This document shows positions 30,554 to 38,280 of a stretch of 64,000 nt of DNA, in pieces. The notes under the pieces were generated by a model. It ran no database searches, had not been told where the DNA came from, and saw only the letters and a list, made by a program, of their open reading frames with translations. The stretch spans positions 512,083-576,082 of the forward strand of contig CBDEVR010000002.1 of the NCBI GenBank assembly GCA_965243745.1, given 5' to 3'. Each line of letters begins with the position of its first letter. Position 1 is the first letter of the stretch. Source of the DNA: Dehalococcoidia bacterium. GTDB lineage: Bacteria; Chloroflexota; Dehalococcoidia; Lucifugimonadales; Australimonadaceae. The translations under genes were made by a program, and so were the position numbers.

Positions 30554-31464
30554 GACAGCCTCTTCCCGACCATGCCCGTGATGATATGGCGCATCCGCAC
30601 TGCGGGTGTGGTGCGCCGGTCGTTGTAGCGCCCCTCGAGTTCCGTCAGGTAGCGCGGCAGGTGCTTGACGCTCCACCAGATGTAGACGCCCTTATGCATG
30701 CGCTTCAGCATCGCCCAGACGCTCTCGATGGCGTTCGTCGTGACGCGTCCGCGCACGTACTCGCCGCTGGCGTGCGAGACGATGCTGTGCCGGACGGGTA
30801 GCCAGTACGTGATGCTCCGGTAGGACGTGAGGTCGTCCGTGTAGATGCGTGCGCCGCGGGCCGTGCGCGCGTGCACGAACGGCAGCAACTCGCTCTGAGC
30901 GCGCGACGCCACGACTGCCATACTGACGCGGCGAGTCTTGCGGTCGCGAGCGCCAGCCACGATGGTGAGGTGGCTCGTGGGGTCACGACGCCGGTCGCGT
31001 CCGTGCCGGTTTCGCATCCGCCCGCCGATCCATGTCTCGTCGACCTCGACAGGCCCCTCGAACTTCGGCACGCTGGTCGCCCAGGCCGCACGAATGCGGT
31101 GCGACAGGAACCACGCTGTGCGATGCGTGACCCCGAGGTCGCGCGCGAGTTGCGCGCTCGATATGCCGAACGTTCTGGTCGTCAAGAGGTACGCCGCGAG
31201 CAGCCACTTGCCGAGCGGGATATTCGAGCACGCCATAACGGTTCCGGTTCGCACGCTGAAATGCCGGCGACACGCACTGCACCAGTACGGCTGGGGCCGA
31301 CGGCTTGGGTTGGGGCTGACGTGCTCAGACCCGCAGCGCGGACACCTCATGCCGTCAGGCCAGCGGCGCGCGCAGAACCATTGCTCGGCGCGCTCAGGGT
31401 TGCTAAAGATGCGTGTGGCCTGAATGAGCGTCAGCGGACGTGGTGGCGTGGTGTGCTTCTTCAT
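30523..31464 (-). CDS. IS1595-family DDE transposase
   Basis: RWPDG-CPRC..CSAC Zn ribbon, HTH QLARDLGVTHRTAW, VEVDET, IYTDD, TNAIES. Confidence 0.95.
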   Translation of the reverse strand: MKKHTTPPRPLTLIQATRIFSNPERAEQWFCARRWPDGMRCPRCGSEHVSPNPSRRPQPYWCSACRRHFSVRTGTVMACSNIPLGKWLLAAYLLTTRTFGISSAQLARDLGVTHRTAWFLSHRIRAAWATSVPKFEGPVEVDETWIGGRMRNRHGRDRRRDPTSHLTIVAGARDRKTRRVSMAVVASRAQSELLPFVHARTARGARIYTDDLTSYRSITYWLPVRHSIVSHASGEYVRGRVTTNAIESVWAMLKRMHKGVYIWWSVKHLPRYLTELEGRYNDRRTTPAVRMRHIITGMVGKRLSYRDLVAGVA

Positions 31465-31540
31465 GGTGGTCTCCGAGCGAGACATCCGGCCGTTGACAAC
31501 GACGAGCCTCGCGGTGCAAGGTGGACGCGAGGAGAGCAGG

Positions 31541-31569
31541 TTGACACTCTCCGGCATAGCACCTAATAT
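31541..31569 (+). promoter_or_regulatory. Sigma70-type promoter
   Basis: TTGACA (31541-46), 17-nt spacer, TAATAT (31564-69). Confidence 0.7.
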
Positions 31570-31674
31570 CGTGTTGGAGACCTAATCCGCACCAAGATAG
31601 GCGGGAACGCACTCCGCGACATCGCGAGAATCATGCGACGGTCCTTTCGTTGTTCGAGTGAACCCGCCGTCTAG

Positions 31675-31710
31675 TCCGCCCCGATGCAGCAACATCGGGG
31701 CGGATGTTTT
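31675..31710 (+). terminator. Intrinsic terminator
   Basis: 12-bp perfect stem TCCGCCCCGATG/CATCGGGGCGGA, 6-nt loop, followed by TGTTTT. Confidence 0.7.
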
Positions 31711-31776
31711 ATCTGGCAGATTCCACCACAGCATACACGAGAGCGCGCACACTGAACAGCGCGCGAGGAGGCACTA

Positions 31777-31950
31777 ATGTTGAAGGCAATCGCGATTGTG
31801 GCGGCTGTTCTGGCGGGGCTCGCACTGCTGGTCTATGGGGGGTTCTTGCTGGTCGCGTCGGCAGCGTTCGATTTGGGGTGGGGTATCGTCATCGCGCTCG
31901 TGGTCATTTTCATTGCACTGGTCTTGTTGGTCTGGGCTAAACGTCAATGA
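31777..31950 (+). CDS. Cargo: 57-aa two-TM membrane peptide (below ORF-track cutoff)
   Basis: GAGGAGG RBS; MLKAIAIVAAVLAGLALLVYGGFLLVASAAFDLGWGIVIALVVIFIALVLLVWAKRQ; ATGA overlap with next gene. Confidence 0.7.
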   Translation: MLKAIAIVAAVLAGLALLVYGGFLLVASAAFDLGWGIVIALVVIFIALVLLVWAKRQ

Positions 31951-32417
31951 GGCAGCGTCTGAGAATGGTCGTGGCGATACTGGAGCGTCACGAGTGGCTG
32001 TACGTCGTCGTGGCACTCGTGGTGGTGGTGCTCTGGGTGTGCGACGTAGTGCCGGACGCAATCGGGTATATCGTCGTTGGCGCTGGCCTGGGTCTCGTGC
32101 TGACTGGTGCGCAAACACGCCGTCGCCGGCAAATCAACCGCGAGGGCGCGAGGGCGGAGTTCAAGCGTCTGAGCAAGGTCACCGCCGAGATGACCGACCG
32201 GCTCATCAAAGCACAGGCCCAGTGGGAGACCAACGGCGGCGACCCGGCTACGCGCTACCTCGCGCTGGTCATGGTGCAAATGATGTTGTTCAACAGCGCA
32301 ACGACCCTGCAGCACCTGCTCAACATGGAGGGCACGCCAGTTGACGGTCAGGCGCTCCAAGACGTGCTGGACGCGCGCAGCCAACCCGAAACCGAGGGCA
32401 AGACAACAAGCGCGTAG
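31947..32417 (+). CDS. Cargo: membrane protein, two N-terminal TM helices plus helical domain
   Basis: Hydrophobic WLYVVVALVVVVLW and IGYIVVGAGLGLVL, then RRRR; coupled to upstream ORF. Confidence 0.65.
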   Translation: MRQRLRMVVAILERHEWLYVVVALVVVVLWVCDVVPDAIGYIVVGAGLGLVLTGAQTRRRRQINREGARAEFKRLSKVTAEMTDRLIKAQAQWETNGGDPATRYLALVMVQMMLFNSATTLQHLLNMEGTPVDGQALQDVLDARSQPETEGKTTSA

Positions 32418-32442
32418 AGGGCACAGATATGAGGAGGCCAGA

Positions 32443-32817
32443 GTGAGTACAGTGTTGGTTAGGGTACTGATGGCGGCATGGTCTGACCGGGATGTCCCGA
32501 CGTTGACAGGCTCCTTTCGGTGCTACGCACTGGAAGCGGACGACCTCGACACAGCCCTCGAGGCCCTCGCGGATGCAGGTCTGGTCGAGGAGTTCGACCC
32601 AGACCTCATGCGCGCGATGGCGATGCGCCCCACCAGCAAGACGAGCGCGGCCATCATCACAGTCGCGGAGTTGCTGCGGTCACCCGACGGAAACCACGAG
32701 TGGGAGTCCAGCGACTCCCGATGGCTCTCGATGCCAGACGGCGACTACGAGGCAGCGCTGGCAGCACTCCAGTGGGCAGGGTTCACCCAAGTAGAGTGCC
32801 CTCCGATTTCGGAATGA
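32443..32817 (+). CDS. Cargo: acidic hypothetical protein
   Basis: GAGGAGG RBS before GTG, 124 aa, ends 9 nt before right TIR. Confidence 0.6.
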   Translation: MSTVLVRVLMAAWSDRDVPTLTGSFRCYALEADDLDTALEALADAGLVEEFDPDLMRAMAMRPTSKTSAAIITVAELLRSPDGNHEWESSDSRWLSMPDGDYEAALAALQWAGFTQVECPPISE

Positions 32818-32850
32818 GCGCCAGCGTGCTTAGCATCGTGACATAGCCCC

Positions 32851-34117
32851 GATTATTCGCTCCCCAGCAGACGGCGCTGCCATCGGACCGTAGCGCACAT
32901 GTGTGATAAGCGCCGCTACTAATAGATACAAAGCTCTCGCCCTCTGGCGGTGACGATTGACCACTGCTGTCTGAACCCCAACAAATCGCGGTGCCATCAG
33001 GACGGAGAGCGCAGGTGTGCAGCCAACCGCTGCTAAGTGTTGTGTGCTGTTCCGGCGCGCGATAGTCCGCGGGGTACGGCGTCGGCGTGGGAGTGGGCGT
33101 ATGGGTGGGTGTCGGAGTCGGCGGAGGCTTGAGCGACCACCAACCGCAGCTCTCGGACGCGCGGAACCCGGCGTCGGTCGGCAGAATGGCGACGGTCGTG
33201 GGGGCGGTCATCGAGTCCCCGAACAGCACGTCGGCGCCGTCCGCGTCGAGCCTGCTGAGACGCGCCCACTCGCACGTCCCCGATACGTCGGTGGCCTCGT
33301 AGACGCCGGGGACGATCTGCTCGCCGACGAGCCACGAGCCAGGCGGGAACGAGGTCCACGGGAACGGCGCAGGGGTTGGTGTTGGGGAGGGAGTGAGTGT
33401 GGGCGTAGGTGTAGGCGTCGGCGGAGACGCGACGATGATTTCCGGGGCCAAGGCGCCGGGACACGGCGGATCGACGAGCGGTTCCACGCCAGCGCCAAAG
33501 CGCAACTCAACGCTGTCCACGAAGCATGGCTCCGCCATGTGCGCGAACGAGTATGTCAGATCGGCCTGCTGCTCTCCGTTCAGGTGGAACGTAACGGTCT
33601 CGCCGACGTAGACGTAGCGCAGGGGGTCGCCGGTGATGTAGCCGGGCGGCCCGACAAGCAGGCACCCTTCGTCGCTGGCGCAGTCGAACCTGCCGTTCAC
33701 GACCGGGATGCGCGTGGGGCGTTCCCAGCCTCCCACCCGCACGGCGATCTCGCCTTGGGTGACGGGTGCGCCATCCAGCAGCACCGCACCCTCCAGGTAA
33801 ATCACGGGAAACGGCGGAATAGTTTGCCCTGAGCCGGGATTGCCAGCTGAGACATCAGGTAGTGGCGTCGGCGTGGGTGTTGGCGTCGGTGAGGGAGTGG
33901 GCGTCGGAGTGAAGGTTGGGGTGAGCGTCGGGGTCGCGGTCGAAGTAGGGGTTGACATGGGGGTGGGCGTTGGCGTTCGGGCGAATGTGGGAGTGGCGAC
34001 CGGTGTTGGTGTGGGGCGAGCATCGGTGTCCACAACGCCGACCGTCGGCGGGGCGGAGTAGCACGCCGTGAGCGCGAACGTAAGAAGCGTGAGAGCGAGG
34101 AGCGCGGGCGTTCGCAA
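32851..34117 (-). pseudogene. 5' half of RCC1-repeat lipoprotein gene
   Basis: Lipobox LTAC, PT linkers, GSWLVGEQIVPGVY..CEWARL..CGWW domain, first RCC1 repeats truncated at WGANNR. Confidence 0.88.
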
Positions 34118-34162
34118 GGGGGCGGAGTCTCCGGTCGGTAAGTGGCGGCGAGTCTAGCACAG

Positions 34163-34230
34163 CCGTGGTTCGACAGGCTCACCGTGAGCGGCCAACAACC
34201 CATCCTGTGTATCCCACCCATCCCGGTGAG
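34163..34230. repeat. Short intergenic repeat-like elements
   Basis: CCGTGGTTCGACAGGCTCAC-C-GTGAGCGG hairpin followed by CATCC-rich unit; single copy in window, resembles widespread REP-like families. Confidence 0.45.
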
Positions 34231-34264
34231 TGAATGAAGCGGGGCGGAGGTGTAACCTCCCCTC

Positions 34265-35533
34265 GTGACGACGCAGCCGCCTTCCAGCCAGACTCCGGCG
34301 ACCGCACGGGATGCGGGCGCCCCTCCGCAGCGTCCCCTCCTGCGGCTGCTCTTCCAGATGCACCTGCCGGCCATCGCCACCGGGTTCGGCACCGGGGCGA
34401 CGGTCCCCGTCGTGCCGGCGTTCGCGCTGTCGTTCGGCGTGGGGCCGGAGCTGGCCGCCCTCGCGCTGGGAGCGAACATGTTCGGCGGACTCGCCGCCAG
34501 TGTCCCCATCGGCTACATGATCGACAAGATCGGGCGGCGGTGGGTCCTCATCCTGGGGCCCGGGATCATCGCCGTCTCCTCCTTCCTCACCGCCACGGCG
34601 GGCTCCTTCGAGGAGCTGTTCCTCTACCGCTTCATCAGCGGATGGGGCATGCAGATGTGGACGCTCAGCCGGCTCACGATGATCGCCGACACCAGCGCCT
34701 CGGGTTCACGCGGCCGCATGATCACGAGCCTCCTCGGCATGCAGCACGTCGGCACGCTGGCCGGGCCGCTGGCGGGCGGGGTCCTCGCCGTCACGTACGG
34801 GCTCGAGACCGCGTTCATCGTCCAGGGCGTGGCTGCGCTCGTGGCCATGACTCCCGGCTTCTTCACGAAGGAGACCATGCCCGGGCGCGGCCGGCGCGGC
34901 GGCGCAGGTTCCGCGACGCCCGCAGCAGAGAATTTCTCGTGGAAGGCGCTCCTCGCTCACCCGATACCGGTCATGTTCCTAGCCCAGTGGCTCGGCATGA
35001 CGGCGCGCGGCGGCATAGTGGCAGGCCACACCGTCTTCCTCTACGCCGCCTACGCCTACGACGCGGACCCCGCGACGCTCGGGGTCCTGAGCAGCCTGAT
35101 GGCGGGGGCGGGCATACCTCTCACCTTCGCCGCCGGGTGGCTGATGGACCGCTTCGGGCGGAAGGTGACCATCGTGCCCGGCCTCTTCGTGCTGGGCGCG
35201 GCGATGGCCTTCCTGGGCGTGACGTCGTTCTTCGGGATGGGGTTCGCCTGGTTCGTGGCCGGGTTCGTCGTCATGCAGGTCATGAACAGCCTGCTCACCG
35301 GCTCGTGGCAGGTCGTCGGCTCCGACCTCGCGCCTCCCGGCGGCAGGGGGCGGTTCTTTGCGGTGGGGCGCACGGTCACGCAGGCGGGGTTCACGACCAA
35401 CCCCATTGCCGTCTCGGTCTGCACGGCGCTCTCGGGCTTCACACTGGCGCTGGGAGTCGTCGGCGCAGCGGGGATGTTCTCCGCGCTCGTCCTCGCCGCG
35501 TTCGTGCCGGAGACGCACCGCAGAGCGAAGTGA
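34265..35533 (+). CDS. MFS transporter
   Basis: GYMIDKIGRR and GWLMDRFGRK motifs, about 12 TM segments. Confidence 0.9.
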   Translation: MTTQPPSSQTPATARDAGAPPQRPLLRLLFQMHLPAIATGFGTGATVPVVPAFALSFGVGPELAALALGANMFGGLAASVPIGYMIDKIGRRWVLILGPGIIAVSSFLTATAGSFEELFLYRFISGWGMQMWTLSRLTMIADTSASGSRGRMITSLLGMQHVGTLAGPLAGGVLAVTYGLETAFIVQGVAALVAMTPGFFTKETMPGRGRRGGAGSATPAAENFSWKALLAHPIPVMFLAQWLGMTARGGIVAGHTVFLYAAYAYDADPATLGVLSSLMAGAGIPLTFAAGWLMDRFGRKVTIVPGLFVLGAAMAFLGVTSFFGMGFAWFVAGFVVMQVMNSLLTGSWQVVGSDLAPPGGRGRFFAVGRTVTQAGFTTNPIAVSVCTALSGFTLALGVVGAAGMFSALVLAAFVPETHRRAK

Positions 35534-35578
35534 CACGCGCCCCTTACTCGGTTGCCTCTGCGTCCGTTACGCTGGATA

Positions 35579-35838
35579 CATGACCGTGTCTCCCGCAGCG
35601 CCTATAGACTGCGTCTATAACTCAGAGCCCAGCCATAGACAGGGTCTATGGGTCGGCTGCAGAACTCCAAAAACATGGCCATCTTGAGATTCTTGATGCT
35701 CCGAAGCCCCGGAAGCAGACCACGGTCATGAAAACGCTCCGATCAAGATCTCAAGGATGCCAAACGAGGGTTGCGATTTCACTCGTAACAAACCGATCAA
35801 GAGTGCCAGAATTCCGCACGGTTGGCACCCTTGATCGG
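35579..35838. other. Densely structured intergenic element (candidate ncRNA or miniature element)
   Basis: At least six inverted-repeat pairs in 260 nt, two of them crossing; no credible ORF. Confidence 0.5.
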
Positions 35839-35919
35839 CAGCCGAAGCGTAGACCCACACGCACGACAGGCGTACAGTAGGCTCACGCAGACGGTACCCG
35901 CGCACGAAGAGGTGCAACG

Positions 35920-37092
35920 ATGCTCACGCAGCAAGAGAACGACCTGCTCACCAGGGTCGGCCCGGGCACGCTGGCGGGCGAACTGCTCCGCCGCTACTGG
36001 CACCCCATCGCCATCGCCTCGGACCTCACGGACGAGCGTCCGACCAAGGCGCTCCGCATCCTCGGGGAGGATCTCGTCCTCTTCAAGGACAAGTCCGGGC
36101 GCATCGGCCTGCTCGCCGACCACTGCGCGCACCGCAGCGCCTCGCTGGTCTACGGGCGCGTCGAGGAGCGCGGCATCTCCTGCGCCTACCACGGCTGGCT
36201 GTACGACTGCGACGGCAACATCCTCGAGACGCCACCCGAGAAGAACGAAGCGATCATGCGCTCCGTGAAGCAGACCGCCTACAAGGTGCAGGTGCACATC
36301 GGGCTCGTCTTCGCCTACATGGGCCCCCTGCCCGCGCCGCCGATGGCCCCCTACGACACGATGTTCCGCAAGGATGGCAAGCGCATGGTGCGCTTCCACC
36401 CGCCGCTCAACTGCAACTGGTTCCAGGCCATGGAGAACTCCATGGACCCGGCGCACCTGCAGGTGCTGCACCAGGAGTTCACCGGCGGTGGACGCCAGCC
36501 CGTCAACACGACGCGCGGCTTCACCGACGACGTGGAGCACTTCGAGTTCTACGTGACGGACTACGGCGGGATGATGAAGAAGCGCACTTACAAGAACGGC
36601 ATGGTGGACGAGCACCCCGTCCTCATGCCGAACATCCTGCGCCAGGGCTCCAGCACGCAGTTCCGCACGCCCATAGACGACACGCACACTTGGCACCTTC
36701 GCATGCACTTCTACCCGAACGAGGACGGCAGCGAAGACCCGGACGCCTTCAACCCGGAGTTCAAGTTCGACCCGCCCATCAAGGAGGATCCGGAGAAGGA
36801 CCACCCCTTCACGCGCTACATCCTGCGGGACGTCAACGCGCAGGACCAGATGGCGTGGGAGACGCAGGGCCCCATCACCGACCGCACCGTCGAGCACCTC
36901 TCGTACTCGGACCGGGGCGTCGTACTGCTGCGGCGCGTGATGAAGGAGCAGATCGAGCGGGTGCAGCGCGGCGAGGACCCCATCGGCGTCTTCCGCGACC
37001 CGGACCACCCGCTCATCGACACGAATGTCGACGTGGGCATCGCCCAGATCGGGGCCAACCGCTCGCCGGACGCGCAGGTGGTCGCGCGCTAG
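35920..37092 (+). CDS. Rieske oxygenase alpha subunit (LigXa-like)
   Basis: CAH..CAYH, ENSMDPAHLQVLH, QDQMAWETQG. Confidence 0.92.
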   Translation: MLTQQENDLLTRVGPGTLAGELLRRYWHPIAIASDLTDERPTKALRILGEDLVLFKDKSGRIGLLADHCAHRSASLVYGRVEERGISCAYHGWLYDCDGNILETPPEKNEAIMRSVKQTAYKVQVHIGLVFAYMGPLPAPPMAPYDTMFRKDGKRMVRFHPPLNCNWFQAMENSMDPAHLQVLHQEFTGGGRQPVNTTRGFTDDVEHFEFYVTDYGGMMKKRTYKNGMVDEHPVLMPNILRQGSSTQFRTPIDDTHTWHLRMHFYPNEDGSEDPDAFNPEFKFDPPIKEDPEKDHPFTRYILRDVNAQDQMAWETQGPITDRTVEHLSYSDRGVVLLRRVMKEQIERVQRGEDPIGVFRDPDHPLIDTNVDVGIAQIGANRSPDAQVVAR

Positions 37093-38270
37093 AGCGCCGC
37101 GATCAGCGCACCCGCCCCGGCCGCAAGGGCGACGACCGCCCACGGCGGCACGCGCCAGAACGCCAGCAGCACGAACGCGCCCACGGCAAGAGCGAAGTCT
37201 TCCGGCGCGCGCACCGCGCTCGTCCAGACCGGGTCGTACAGCGCCGCCAGCAGCAGCCCGACAACCGCAGCATTGACCCCCATCAGCGCCCGCCGCACGC
37301 GAGCGAGGCCGCGCAGCCGCTCCCAGAACGGCAGCACGCCGACCACGAGGAAGAACGACGGCAGGAAGATCGCGCCCAGCGCCAGCATGCCGCCCAGCCA
37401 TCGCGGAGCGACGACCTCCATCGCCGCGCCGAGGTAGCCCGCGAACGTGAACAGCGGCCCCGGCACCGCCTGCGCCGCTCCGTACCCCGCGATGAACTCG
37501 TCCTTCGTGACCCAACCCGGCGGGACGACTTCCGCCTCCAGCAGCGGCAGCACGACGTGGCCCCCGCCGAACACGAGCGATCCCGCGCGGTAGAAGCTGT
37601 CGGCGACGGCAAGCGCTCCATTGTCGACGATCCGCGCGGCGACGGGCAGTGCGATGAGCAGCGCAAAGAACGCCACCAGCGCAACCACGGCGAGCCACGG
37701 CGTCCCGCTCTTCGCGTCCGTCTGCGCCGGTGAAGAATCGCCGGCGCGCAGCAACGCCAGGCCCAGCAGCCCCCCGCCCGCGATGACCGCCAGCTGCGCC
37801 CCGATGCCCGGCGCAGCCAGCAGCGCTATGGCCGCGAGCGCCGCTATCGTCACGCGCGGTCTGTCGGGCGCGAGCGTCCGCGCCATGCCCCACAGCGCCA
37901 GTGCGACGACGGCAACGGCCACGACCTTCAGCCCGTGCAGCCAGCCGGCGTCGGTCTGGTCGCCGAGCGACTGCACGCCGTAGGCGAAGAGGATGAGCGC
38001 GGCGGCGGATGGCAGCGTGAAGGCGAGCCATGCCGCGAAGCCACCCAGCAGCCCCGCGCGGCGGATGCCGATAGCTATGCCCAGCTGGCTGCTCGCGGGG
38101 CCTGGCAGGAACTGGCAGAGCGCGACGAGCCCGGCGAACGTCTCCTCGTCCAGCCAGCGCTTACGGACGACGTATGCCTCGCGAAAGTAGCCGATGTGCG
38201 CGACGGGACCGCCGAACGAAGTGAGGCCGAGCCACCCGGCGGTGAGCAGCACCTCCCAGACGCGGCGCAT
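37089..38270 (-). CDS. chrA: Chromate efflux transporter
   Basis: SFGGPVAH, CQFLPGPASSQ, VFGGGHVVLP, AQAVPGPLFTF. Confidence 0.92.
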   Translation of the reverse strand: MRRVWEVLLTAGWLGLTSFGGPVAHIGYFREAYVVRKRWLDEETFAGLVALCQFLPGPASSQLGIAIGIRRAGLLGGFAAWLAFTLPSAAALILFAYGVQSLGDQTDAGWLHGLKVVAVAVVALALWGMARTLAPDRPRVTIAALAAIALLAAPGIGAQLAVIAGGGLLGLALLRAGDSSPAQTDAKSGTPWLAVVALVAFFALLIALPVAARIVDNGALAVADSFYRAGSLVFGGGHVVLPLLEAEVVPPGWVTKDEFIAGYGAAQAVPGPLFTFAGYLGAAMEVVAPRWLGGMLALGAIFLPSFFLVVGVLPFWERLRGLARVRRALMGVNAAVVGLLLAALYDPVWTSAVRAPEDFALAVGAFVLLAFWRVPPWAVVALAAGAGALIAAL

Positions 38271-38280
38271 CCCCCAGGTC

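Larger units (their letters stand above)
29210..32850. mobile_element. IS1595-family element with passenger genes (3641 bp)
   Basis: TIRs GGGGCTATATCACGATGCTAAGCA (29210-29233) and reverse-complement GGGGCTATGTCACGATGCTAAGCA (32827-32850); 8-bp TSD GATTATTC at 29202-29209 and 32851-32858; internal DDE transposase. Confidence 0.95.

Noticed and set aside
33070-34020. Tandem GGCGT/GGAGT-like repeats, also at 17380-17540
   Set aside because: They encode Pro-Thr linkers; no repeat-spacer pattern and no cas genes, so not CRISPR.
35797-38031. 744-aa minus-strand ORF
   Set aside because: Off-frame of chrA plus antisense of the Rieske gene; Arg/Ala/Gly-rich, not protein-like.
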